Part shown: in pieces, positions 1 to 12,000 of the stretch
Layout: every line of letters starts with the position of its first letter
Numbering within the stretch: position 1 is the stretch's first letter
NCBI GenBank assembly: GCA_030390025.1
Contig: JASTWF010000358.1
Location: forward strand, 248,001-312,000
DNA length: 64,000 nt
Direction: 5' to 3'
DNA from: Squalus acanthias
Lineage: Eukaryota
Program-made: the position numbers and the translations under genes
The notes under the pieces: model-generated
The model's input: only the letters and a program-made list of their open reading frames with translations
Told to the model about the DNA's origin: nothing
Databases searched by the model: none

Positions 1-3000
1 AGGCAGAGTCCCAGAAAGAGGCAGAGTCCCAGAAAGAGGCAGAGTCCCAGAAAGAGGCAGAGTCCCAGAAAGAGGCAGAGTCCCAGAAAGAGGCAGAGTC
101 CCAGAAAGAGGCAGAGTCCCAGAAAGAGGCAGAGTCCCAGAAAGAGGCAGAGTCCCAGAAAGAGGCAGAGTCCCAGAAAGAGGCAGAGTCCCAGAAAGAG
201 GCAGAGTCCCAGAAAGAGGCAGAGTCCCAGAAAGAGGCAGAGTCCCAGAAAGAGGCAGAGTCCCAGAAAGAGGCAGAGTCCCAGAAAGAGGCAGAGTCCC
301 AGAAAGAGGCAGAGTCCCAGAAAGAGGCAGAGTCCCAGAAAGAGGCAGAGTCCCAGAAAGAGGCAGAGTCCCAGAAAGAGGCAGAGTCCCAGAAAGAGGC
401 AGAGTCCCAGAAAGAGGCAGAGTCCCAGAAAGAGGCAGAGTCCCAGAAAGAGGCAGAGTCCCAGAAAGAGGCAGAGTCCCAGAAAGAGGCAGAGTCCCAG
501 AAAGAGGCAGAGTCCCAGAAAGAGGCAGAGTCCCAGAAAGAGGCAGAGTCCCAGAAAGAGGCAGAGTCCCAGAAAGAGGCAGAGTCCCAGAAAGAGGCAG
601 AGTCCCAGAAAGAGGCAGAGTCCCAGAAAGAGGCAGAGTCCCAGAAAGAGGCAGAGTCCCAGAAAGAGGCAGAGTCCCAGAAAGAGGCAGAGTCCCAGAA
701 AGAGGCAGAGTCCCAGAAAGAGGCAGAGTCCCAGAAAGAGGCAGAGTCCCAGAAAGAGGCAGAGTCCCAGAAAGAGGCAGAGTCCCAGAAAGAGGCAGAG
801 TCCCAGAAAGAGGCAGAGTCCCAGAAAGAGGCAGAGTCCCAGAAAGAGGCAGAGTCCCAGAAAGAGGCAGAGTCCCAGAAAGAGGCAGAGTCCCAGAAAG
901 AGGCAGAGTCCCAGAAAGAGGCAGAGTCCCAGAAAGAGGCAGAGTCCCAGAAAGAGGCAGAGTCCCAGAAAGAGGCAGAGTCCCAGAAAGAGGCAGAGTC
1001 CCAGAAAGAGGCAGAGTCCCAGAAAGAGGCAGAGTCCCAGAAAGAGGCAGAGTCCCAGAAAGAGGCAGAGTCCCAGAAAGAGGCAGAGTCCCAGAAAGAG
1101 GCAGAGTCCCAGAAAGAGGCAGAGTCCCAGAAAGAGGCAGAGTCCCAGAAAGAGGCAGAGTCCCAGAAAGAGGCAGAGTCCCAGAAAGAGGCAGAGTCCC
1201 AGAAAGAGGCAGAGTCCCAGAAAGAGGCAGAGTCCCAGAAAGAGGCAGAGTCCCAGAAAGAGGCAGAGTCCCAGAAAGAGGCAGAGTCCCAGAAAGAGGC
1301 AGAGTCCCAGAAAGAGGCAGAGTCCCAGAAAGAGGCAGAGTCCCAGAAAGAGGCAGAGTCCCAGAAAGAGGCAGAGTCCCAGAAAGAGGCAGAGTCCCAG
1401 AAAGAGGCAGAGTCCCAGAAAGAGGCAGAGTCCCAGAAAGAGGCAGAGTCCCAGAAAGAGGCAGAGTCCCAGAAAGAGGCAGAGTCCCAGAAAGAGGCAG
1501 AGTCCCAGAAAGAGGCAGAGTCCCAGAAAGAGGCAGAGTCCCAGAAAGAGGCAGAGTCCCAGAAAGAGGCAGAGTCCCAGAAAGAGGCAGAGTCCCAGAA
1601 AGAGGCAGAGTCCCAGAAAGAGGCAGAGTCCCAGAAAGAGGCAGAGTCCCAGAAAGAGGCAGAGTCCCAGAAAGAGGCAGAGTCCCAGAAAGAGGCAGAG
1701 TCCCAGAAAGAGGCAGAGTCCCAGAAAGAGGCAGAGTCCCAGAAAGAGGCAGAGTCCCAGAAAGAGGCAGAGTCCCAGAAAGAGGCAGAGTCCCAGAAAG
1801 AGGCAGAGTCCCAGAAAGAGGCAGAGTCCCAGAAAGAGGCAGAGTCCCAGAAAGAGGCAGAGTCCCAGAAAGAGGCAGAGTCCCAGAAAGAGGCAGAGTC
1901 CCAGAAAGAGGCAGAGTCCCAGAAAGAGGCAGAGTCCCAGAAAGAGGCAGAGTCCCAGAAAGAGGCAGAGTCCCAGAAAGAGGCAGAGTCCCAGAAAGAG
2001 GCAGAGTCCCAGAAAGAGGCAGAGTCCCAGAAAGAGGCAGAGTCCCAGAAAGAGGCAGAGTCCCAGAAAGAGGCAGAGTCCCAGAAAGAGGCAGAGTCCC
2101 AGAAAGAGGCAGAGTCCCAGAAAGAGGCAGAGTCCCAGAAAGAGGCAGAGTCCCAGAAAGAGGCAGAGTCCCAGAAAGAGGCAGAGTCCCAGAAAGAGGC
2201 AGAGTCCCAGAAAGAGGCAGAGTCCCAGAAAGAGGCAGAGTCCCAGAAAGAGGCAGAGTCCCAGAAAGAGGCAGAGTCCCAGAAAGAGGCAGAGTCCCAG
2301 AAAGAGGCAGAGTCCCAGAAAGAGGCAGAGTCCCAGAAAGAGGCAGAGTCCCAGAAAGAGGCAGAGTCCCAGAAAGAGGCAGAGTCCCAGAAAGAGGCAG
2401 AGTCCCAGAAAGAGGCAGAGTCCCAGAAAGAGGCAGAGTCCCAGAAAGAGGCAGAGTCCCAGAAAGAGGCAGAGTCCCAGAAAGAGGCAGAGTCCCAGAA
2501 AGAGGCAGAGTCCCAGAAAGAGGCAGAGTCCCAGAAAGAGGCAGAGTCCCAGAAAGAGGCAGAGTCCCAGAAAGAGGCAGAGTCCCAGAAAGAGGCAGAG
2601 TCCCAGAAAGAGGCAGAGTCCCAGAAAGAGGCAGAGTCCCAGAAAGAGGCAGAGTCCCAGAAAGAGGCAGAGTCCCAGAAAGAGGCAGAGTCCCAGAAAG
2701 AGGCAGAGTCCCAGAAAGAGGCAGAGTCCCAGAAAGAGGCAGAGTCCCAGAAAGAGGCAGAGTCCCAGAAAGAGGCAGAGTCCCAGAAAGAGGCAGAGTC
2801 CCAGAAAGAGGCAGAGTCCCAGAAAGAGGCAGAGTCCCAGAAAGAGGCAGAGTCCCAGAAAGAGGCAGAGTCCCAGAAAGAGGCAGAGTCCCAGAAAGAG
2901 GCAGAGTCCCAGAAAGAGGCAGAGTCCCAGAAAGAGGCAGAGTCCCAGAAAGAGGCAGAGTCCCAGAAAGAGGCAGAGTCCCAGAAAGAGGCAGAGTCCC

Positions 3001-6000
3001 AGAAAGAGGCAGAGTCCCAGAAAGAGGCAGAGTCCCAGAAAGAGGCAGAGTCCCAGAAAGAGGCAGAGTCCCAGAAAGAGGCAGAGTCCCAGAAAGAGGC
3101 AGAGTCCCAGAAAGAGGCAGAGTCCCAGAAAGAGGCAGAGTCCCAGAAAGAGGCAGAGTCCCAGAAAGAGGCAGAGTCCCAGAAAGAGGCAGAGTCCCAG
3201 AAAGAGGCAGAGTCCCAGAAAGAGGCAGAGTCCCAGAAAGAGGCAGAGTCCCAGAAAGAGGCAGAGTCCCAGAAAGAGGCAGAGTCCCAGAAAGAGGCAG
3301 AGTCCCAGAAAGAGGCAGAGTCCCAGAAAGAGGCAGAGTCCCAGAAAGAGGCAGAGTCCCAGAAAGAGGCAGAGTCCCAGAAAGAGGCAGAGTCCCAGAA
3401 AGAGGCAGAGTCCCAGAAAGAGGCAGAGTCCCAGAAAGAGGCAGAGTCCCAGAAAGAGGCAGAGTCCCAGAAAGAGGCAGAGTCCCAGAAAGAGGCAGAG
3501 TCCCAGAAAGAGGCAGAGTCCCAGAAAGAGGCAGAGTCCCAGAAAGAGGCAGAGTCCCAGAAAGAGGCAGAGTCCCAGAAAGAGGCAGAGTCCCAGAAAG
3601 AGGCAGAGTCCCAGAAAGAGGCAGAGTCCCAGAAAGAGGCAGAGTCCCAGAAAGAGGCAGAGTCCCAGAAAGAGGCAGAGTCCCAGAAAGAGGCAGAGTC
3701 CCAGAAAGAGGCAGAGTCCCAGAAAGAGGCAGAGTCCCAGAAAGAGGCAGAGTCCCAGAAAGAGGCAGAGTCCCAGAAAGAGGCAGAGTCCCAGAAAGAG
3801 GCAGAGTCCCAGAAAGAGGCAGAGTCCCAGAAAGAGGCAGAGTCCCAGAAAGAGGCAGAGTCCCAGAAAGAGGCAGAGTCCCAGAAAGAGGCAGAGTCCC
3901 AGAAAGAGGCAGAGTCCCAGAAAGAGGCAGAGTCCCAGAAAGAGGCAGAGTCCCAGAAAGAGGCAGAGTCCCAGAAAGAGGCAGAGTCCCAGAAAGAGGC
4001 AGAGTCCCAGAAAGAGGCAGAGTCCCAGAAAGAGGCAGAGTCCCAGAAAGAGGCAGAGTCCCAGAAAGAGGCAGAGTCCCAGAAAGAGGCAGAGTCCCAG
4101 AAAGAGGCAGAGTCCCAGAAAGAGGCAGAGTCCCAGAAAGAGGCAGAGTCCCAGAAAGAGGCAGAGTCCCAGAAAGAGGCAGAGTCCCAGAAAGAGGCAG
4201 AGTCCCAGAAAGAGGCAGAGTCCCAGAAAGAGGCAGAGTCCCAGAAAGAGGCAGAGTCCCAGAAAGAGGCAGAGTCCCAGAAAGAGGCAGAGTCCCAGAA
4301 AGAGGCAGAGTCCCAGAAAGAGGCAGAGTCCCAGAAAGAGGCAGAGTCCCAGAAAGAGGCAGAGTCCCAGAAAGAGGCAGAGTCCCAGAAAGAGGCAGAG
4401 TCCCAGAAAGAGGCAGAGTCCCAGAAAGAGGCAGAGTCCCAGAAAGAGGCAGAGTCCCAGAAAGAGGCAGAGTCCCAGAAAGAGGCAGAGTCCCAGAAAG
4501 AGGCAGAGTCCCAGAAAGAGGCAGAGTCCCAGAAAGAGGCAGAGTCCCAGAAAGAGGCAGAGTCCCAGAAAGAGGCAGAGTCCCAGAAAGAGGCAGAGTC
4601 CCAGAAAGAGGCAGAGTCCCAGAAAGAGGCAGAGTCCCAGAAAGAGGCAGAGTCCCAGAAAGAGGCAGAGTCCCAGAAAGAGGCAGAGTCCCAGAAAGAG
4701 GCAGAGTCCCAGAAAGAGGCAGAGTCCCAGAAAGAGGCAGAGTCCCAGAAAGAGGCAGAGTCCCAGAAAGAGGCAGAGTCCCAGAAAGAGGCAGAGTCCC
4801 AGAAAGAGGCAGAGTCCCAGAAAGAGGCAGAGTCCCAGAAAGAGGCAGAGTCCCAGAAAGAGGCAGAGTCCCAGAAAGAGGCAGAGTCCCAGAAAGAGGC
4901 AGAGTCCCAGAAAGAGGCAGAGTCCCAGAAAGAGGCAGAGTCCCAGAAAGAGGCAGAGTCCCAGAAAGAGGCAGAGTCCCAGAAAGAGGCAGAGTCCCAG
5001 AAAGAGGCAGAGTCCCAGAAAGAGGCAGAGTCCCAGAAAGAGGCAGAGTCCCAGAAAGAGGCAGAGTCCCAGAAAGAGGCAGAGTCCCAGAAAGAGGCAG
5101 AGTCCCAGAAAGAGGCAGAGTCCCAGAAAGAGGCAGAGTCCCAGAAAGAGGCAGAGTCCCAGAAAGAGGCAGAGTCCCAGAAAGAGGCAGAGTCCCAGAA
5201 AGAGGCAGAGTCCCAGAAAGAGGCAGAGTCCCAGAAAGAGGCAGAGTCCCAGAAAGAGGCAGAGTCCCAGAAAGAGGCAGAGTCCCAGAAAGAGGCAGAG
5301 TCCCAGAAAGAGGCAGAGTCCCAGAAAGAGGCAGAGTCCCAGAAAGAGGCAGAGTCCCAGAAAGAGGCAGAGTCCCAGAAAGAGGCAGAGTCCCAGAAAG
5401 AGGCAGAGTCCCAGAAAGAGGCAGAGTCCCAGAAAGAGGCAGAGTCCCAGAAAGAGGCAGAGTCCCAGAAAGAGGCAGAGTCCCAGAAAGAGGCAGAGTC
5501 CCAGAAAGAGGCAGAGTCCCAGAAAGAGGCAGAGTCCCAGAAAGAGGCAGAGTCCCAGAAAGAGGCAGAGTCCCAGAAAGAGGCAGAGTCCCAGAAAGAG
5601 GCAGAGTCCCAGAAAGAGGCAGAGTCCCAGAAAGAGGCAGAGTCCCAGAAAGAGGCAGAGTCCCAGAAAGAGGCAGAGTCCCAGAAAGAGGCAGAGTCCC
5701 AGAAAGAGGCAGAGTCCCAGAAAGAGGCAGAGTCCCAGAAAGAGGCAGAGTCCCAGAAAGAGGCAGAGTCCCAGAAAGAGGCAGAGTCCCAGAAAGAGGC
5801 AGAGTCCCAGAAAGAGGCAGAGTCCCAGAAAGAGGCAGAGTCCCAGAAAGAGGCAGAGTCCCAGAAAGAGGCAGAGTCCCAGAAAGAGGCAGAGTCCCAG
5901 AAAGAGGCAGAGTCCCAGAAAGAGGCAGAGTCCCAGAAAGAGGCAGAGTCCCAGAAAGAGGCAGAGTCCCAGAAAGAGGCAGAGTCCCAGAAAGAGGCAG

Positions 6001-9000
6001 AGTCCCAGAAAGAGGCAGAGTCCCAGAAAGAGGCAGAGTCCCAGAAAGAGGCAGAGTCCCAGAAAGAGGCAGAGTCCCAGAAAGAGGCAGAGTCCCAGAA
6101 AGAGGCAGAGTCCCAGAAAGAGGCAGAGTCCCAGAAAGAGGCAGAGTCCCAGAAAGAGGCAGAGTCCCAGAAAGAGGCAGAGTCCCAGAAAGAGGCAGAG
6201 TCCCAGAAAGAGGCAGAGTCCCAGAAAGAGGCAGAGTCCCAGAAAGAGGCAGAGTCCCAGAAAGAGGCAGAGTCCCAGAAAGAGGCAGAGTCCCAGAAAG
6301 AGGCAGAGTCCCAGAAAGAGGCAGAGTCCCAGAAAGAGGCAGAGTCCCAGAAAGAGGCAGAGTCCCAGAAAGAGGCAGAGTCCCAGAAAGAGGCAGAGTC
6401 CCAGAAAGAGGCAGAGTCCCAGAAAGAGGCAGAGTCCCAGAAAGAGGCAGAGTCCCAGAAAGAGGCAGAGTCCCAGAAAGAGGCAGAGTCCCAGAAAGAG
6501 GCAGAGTCCCAGAAAGAGGCAGAGTCCCAGAAAGAGGCAGAGTCCCAGAAAGAGGCAGAGTCCCAGAAAGAGGCAGAGTCCCAGAAAGAGGCAGAGTCCC
6601 AGAAAGAGGCAGAGTCCCAGAAAGAGGCAGAGTCCCAGAAAGAGGCAGAGTCCCAGAAAGAGGCAGAGTCCCAGAAAGAGGCAGAGTCCCAGAAAGAGGC
6701 AGAGTCCCAGAAAGAGGCAGAGTCCCAGAAAGAGGCAGAGTCCCAGAAAGAGGCAGAGTCCCAGAAAGAGGCAGAGTCCCAGAAAGAGGCAGAGTCCCAG
6801 AAAGAGGCAGAGTCCCAGAAAGAGGCAGAGTCCCAGAAAGAGGCAGAGTCCCAGAAAGAGGCAGAGTCCCAGAAAGAGGCAGAGTCCCAGAAAGAGGCAG
6901 AGTCCCAGAAAGAGGCAGAGTCCCAGAAAGAGGCAGAGTCCCAGAAAGAGGCAGAGTCCCAGAAAGAGGCAGAGTCCCAGAAAGAGGCAGAGTCCCAGAA
7001 AGAGGCAGAGTCCCAGAAAGAGGCAGAGTCCCAGAAAGAGGCAGAGTCCCAGAAAGAGGCAGAGTCCCAGAAAGAGGCAGAGTCCCAGAAAGAGGCAGAG
7101 TCCCAGAAAGAGGCAGAGTCCCAGAAAGAGGCAGAGTCCCAGAAAGAGGCAGAGTCCCAGAAAGAGGCAGAGTCCCAGAAAGAGGCAGAGTCCCAGAAAG
7201 AGGCAGAGTCCCAGAAAGAGGCAGAGTCCCAGAAAGAGGCAGAGTCCCAGAAAGAGGCAGAGTCCCAGAAAGAGGCAGAGTCCCAGAAAGAGGCAGAGTC
7301 CCAGAAAGAGGCAGAGTCCCAGAAAGAGGCAGAGTCCCAGAAAGAGGCAGAGTCCCAGAAAGAGGCAGAGTCCCAGAAAGAGGCAGAGTCCCAGAAAGAG
7401 GCAGAGTCCCAGAAAGAGGCAGAGTCCCAGAAAGAGGCAGAGCCAGAAAGAGGCAGAGTCCCAGAAAGAGGCAGAGTCCCAGAAAGAGGCAGAGTCCCAG
7501 AAAGAGGCAGAGTCCCAGAAAGAGGCAGAGTCCCAGAAAGAGGCAGAGTCCCAGAAAGAGGCAGAGTCCCAGAAAGAGGCAGAGTCCCAGAAAGAGGCAG
7601 AGTCCCAGAAAGAGGCAGAGTCCCAGAAAGAGGCAGAGTCCCAGAAAGAGGCAGAGTCCCAGAAAGAGGCAGAGTCCCAGAAAGAGGCAGAGTCCCAGAA
7701 AGAGGCAGAGTCCCAGAAAGAGGCAGAGTCCCAGAAAGAGGCAGAGTCCCAGAAAGAGGCAGAGTCCCAGAAAGAGGCAGAGTCCCAGAAAGAGGCAGAG
7801 TCCCAGAAAGAGGCAGAGTCCCAGAAAGAGGCAGAGTCCCAGAAAGAGGCAGAGTCCCAGAAAGAGGCAGAGTCCCAGAAAGAGGCAGAGTCCCAGAAAG
7901 AGGCAGAGTCCCAGAAAGAGGCAGAGTCCCAGAAAGAGGCAGAGTCCCAGAAAGAGGCAGAGTCCCAGAAAGAGGCAGAGTCCCAGAAAGAGGCAGAGTC
8001 CCAGAAAGAGGCAGAGTCCCAGAAAGAGGCAGAGTCCCAGAAAGAGGCAGAGTCCCAGAAAGAGGCAGAGTCCCAGAAAGAGGCAGAGTCCCAGAAAGAG
8101 GCAGAGTCCCAGAAAGAGGCAGAGTCCCAGAAAGAGGCAGAGTCCCAGAAAGAGGCAGAGTCCCAGAAAGAGGCAGAGTCCCAGAAAGAGGCAGAGTCCC
8201 AGAAAGAGGCAGAGTCCCAGAAAGAGGCAGAGTCCCAGAAAGAGGCAGAGTCCCAGAAAGAGGCAGAGTCCCAGAAAGAGGCAGAGTCCCAGAAAGAGGC
8301 AGAGTCCCAGAAAGAGGCAGAGTCCCAGAAAGAGGCAGAGTCCCAGAAAGAGGCAGAGTCCCAGAAAGAGGCAGAGTCCCAGAAAGAGGCAGAGTCCCAG
8401 AAAGAGGCAGAGTCCCAGAAAGAGGCAGAGTCCCAGAAAGAGGCAGAGTCCCAGAAAGAGGCAGAGTCCCAGAAAGAGGCAGAGTCCCAGAAAGAGGCAG
8501 AGTCCCAGAAAGAGGCAGAGTCCCAGAAAGAGGCAGAGTCCCAGAAAGAGGCAGAGTCCCAGAAAGAGGCAGAGTCCCAGAAAGAGGCAGAGTCCCAGAA
8601 AGAGGCAGAGTCCCAGAAAGAGGCAGAGTCCCAGAAAGAGGCAGAGTCCCAGAAAGAGGCAGAGTCCCAGAAAGAGGCAGAGTCCCAGAAAGAGGCAGAG
8701 TCCCAGAAAGAGGCAGAGTCCCAGAAAGAGGCAGAGTCCCAGAAAGAGGCAGAGTCCCAGAAAGAGGCAGAGTCCCAGAAAGAGGCAGAGTCCCAGAAAG
8801 AGGCAGAGTCCCAGAAAGAGGCAGAGTCCCAGAAAGAGGCAGAGTCCCAGAAAGAGGCAGAGTCCCAGAAAGAGGCAGAGTCCCAGAAAGAGGCAGAGTC
8901 CCAGAAAGAGGCAGAGTCCCAGAAAGAGGCAGAGTCCCAGAAAGAGGCAGAGTCCCAGAAAGAGGCAGAGTCCCAGAAAGAGGCAGAGTCCCAGAAAGAG

Positions 9001-12000
9001 GCAGAGTCCCAGAAAGAGGCAGAGTCCCAGAAAGAGGCAGAGTCCCAGAAAGAGGCAGAGTCCCAGAAAGAGGCAGAGTCCCAGAAAGAGGCAGAGTCCC
9101 AGAAAGAGGCAGAGTCCCAGAAAGAGGCAGAGTCCCAGAAAGAGGCAGAGTCCCAGAAAGAGGCAGAGTCCCAGAAAGAGGCAGAGTCCCAGAAAGAGGC
9201 AGAGTCCCAGAAAGAGGCAGAGTCCCAGAAAGAGGCAGAGTCCCAGAAAGAGGCAGAGTCCCAGAAAGAGGCAGAGTCCCAGAAAGAGGCAGAGTCCCAG
9301 AAAGAGGCAGAGTCCCAGAAAGAGGCAGAGTCCCAGAAAGAGGCAGAGTCCCAGAAAGAGGCAGAGTCCCAGAAAGAGGCAGAGTCCCAGAAAGAGGCAG
9401 AGTCCCAGAAAGAGGCAGAGTCCCAGAAAGAGGCAGAGTCCCAGAAAGAGGCAGAGTCCCAGAAAGAGGCAGAGTCCCAGAAAGAGGCAGAGTCCCAGAA
9501 AGAGGCAGAGTCCCAGAAAGAGGCAGAGTCCCAGAAAGAGGCAGAGTCCCAGAAAGAGGCAGAGTCCCAGAAAGAGGCAGAGTCCCAGAAAGAGGCAGAG
9601 TCCCAGAAAGAGGCAGAGTCCCAGAAAGAGGCAGAGTCCCAGAAAGAGGCAGAGTCCCAGAAAGAGGCAGAGTCCCAGAAAGAGGCAGAGTCCCAGAAAG
9701 AGGCAGAGTCCCAGAAAGAGGCAGAGTCCCAGAAAGAGGCAGAGTCCCAGAAAGAGGCAGAGTCCCAGAAAGAGGCAGAGTCCCAGAAAGAGGCAGAGTC
9801 CCAGAAAGAGGCAGAGTCCCAGAAAGAGGCAGAGTCCCAGAAAGAGGCAGAGTCCCAGAAAGAGGCAGAGTCCCAGAAAGAGGCAGAGTCCCAGAAAGAG
9901 GCAGAGTCCCAGAAAGAGGCAGAGTCCCAGAAAGAGGCAGAGTCCCAGAAAGAGGCAGAGTCCCAGAAAGAGGCAGAGTCCCAGAAAGAGGCAGAGTCCC
10001 AGAAAGAGGCAGAGTCCCAGAAAGAGGCAGAGTCCCAGAAAGAGGCAGAGTCCCAGAAAGAGGCAGAGTCCCAGAAAGAGGCAGAGTCCCAGAAAGAGGC
10101 AGAGTCCCAGAAAGAGGCAGAGTCCCAGAAAGAGGCAGAGTCCCAGAAAGAGGCAGAGTCCCAGAAAGAGGCAGAGTCCCAGAAAGAGGCAGAGTCCCAG
10201 AAAGAGGCAGAGTCCCAGAAAGAGGCAGAGTCCCAGAAAGAGGCAGAGTCCCAGAAAGAGGCAGAGTCCCAGAAAGAGGCAGAGTCCCAGAAAGAGGCAG
10301 AGTCCCAGAAAGAGGCAGAGTCCCAGAAAGAGGCAGAGTCCCAGAAAGAGGCAGAGTCCCAGAAAGAGGCAGAGTCCCAGAAAGAGGCAGAGTCCCAGAA
10401 AGAGGCAGAGTCCCAGAAAGAGGCAGAGTCCCAGAAAGAGGCAGAGTCCCAGAAAGAGGCAGAGTCCCAGAAAGAGGCAGAGTCCCAGAAAGAGGCAGAG
10501 TCCCAGAAAGAGGCAGAGTCCCAGAAAGAGGCAGAGTCCCAGAAAGAGGCAGAGTCCCAGAAAGAGGCAGAGTCCCAGAAAGAGGCAGAGTCCCAGAAAG
10601 AGGCAGAGTCCCAGAAAGAGGCAGAGTCCCAGAAAGAGGCAGAGTCCCAGAAAGAGGCAGAGTCCCAGAAAGAGGCAGAGTCCCAGAAAGAGGCAGAGTC
10701 CCAGAAAGAGGCAGAGTCCCAGAAAGAGGCAGAGTCCCAGAAAGAGGCAGAGTCCCAGAAAGAGGCAGAGTCCCAGAAAGAGGCAGAGTCCCAGAAAGAG
10801 GCAGAGTCCCAGAAAGAGGCAGAGTCCCAGAAAGAGGCAGAGTCCCAGAAAGAGGCAGAGTCCCAGAAAGAGGCAGAGTCCCAGAAAGAGGCAGAGTCCC
10901 AGAAAGAGGCAGAGTCCCAGAAAGAGGCAGAGTCCCAGAAAGAGGCAGAGTCCCAGAAAGAGGCAGAGTCCCAGAAAGAGGCAGAGTCCCAGAAAGAGGC
11001 AGAGTCCCAGAAAGAGGCAGAGTCCCAGAAAGAGGCAGAGTCCCAGAAAGAGGCAGAGTCCCAGAAAGAGGCAGAGTCCCAGAAAGAGGCAGAGTCCCAG
11101 AAAGAGGCAGAGTCCCAGAAAGAGGCAGAGTCCCAGAAAGAGGCAGAGTCCCAGAAAGAGGCAGAGTCCCAGAAAGAGGCAGAGTCCCAGAAAGAGGCAG
11201 AGTCCCAGAAAGAGGCAGAGTCCCAGAAAGAGGCAGAGTCCCAGAAAGAGGCAGAGTCCCAGAAAGAGGCAGAGTCCCAGAAAGAGGCAGAGTCCCAGAA
11301 AGAGGCAGAGTCCCAGAAAGAGGCAGAGTCCCAGAAAGAGGCAGAGTCCCAGAAAGAGGCAGAGTCCCAGAAAGAGGCAGAGTCCCAGAAAGAGGCAGAG
11401 TCCCAGAAAGAGGCAGAGTCCCAGAAAGAGGCAGAGTCCCAGAAAGAGGCAGAGTCCCAGAAAGAGGCAGAGTCCCAGAAAGAGGCAGAGTCCCAGAAAG
11501 AGGCAGAGTCCCAGAAAGAGGCAGAGTCCCAGAAAGAGGCAGAGTCCCAGAAAGAGGCAGAGTCCCAGAAAGAGGCAGAGTCCCAGAAAGAGGCAGAGTC
11601 CCAGAAAGAGGCAGAGTCCCAGAAAGAGGCAGAGTCCCAGAAAGAGGCAGAGTCCCAGAAAGAGGCAGAGTCCCAGAAAGAGGCAGAGTCCCAGAAAGAG
11701 GCAGAGTCCCAGAAAGAGGCAGAGTCCCAGAAAGAGGCAGAGTCCCAGAAAGAGGCAGAGTCCCAGAAAGAGGCAGAGTCCCAGAAAGAGGCAGAGTCCC
11801 AGAAAGAGGCAGAGTCCCAGAAAGAGGCAGAGTCCCAGAAAGAGGCAGAGTCCCAGAAAGAGGCAGAGTCCCAGAAAGAGGCAGAGTCCCAGAAAGAGGC
11901 AGAGTCCCAGAAAGAGGCAGAGTCCCAGAAAGAGGCAGAGTCCCAGAAAGAGGCAGAGTCCCAGAAAGAGGCAGAGTCCCAGAAAGAGGCAGAGTCCCAG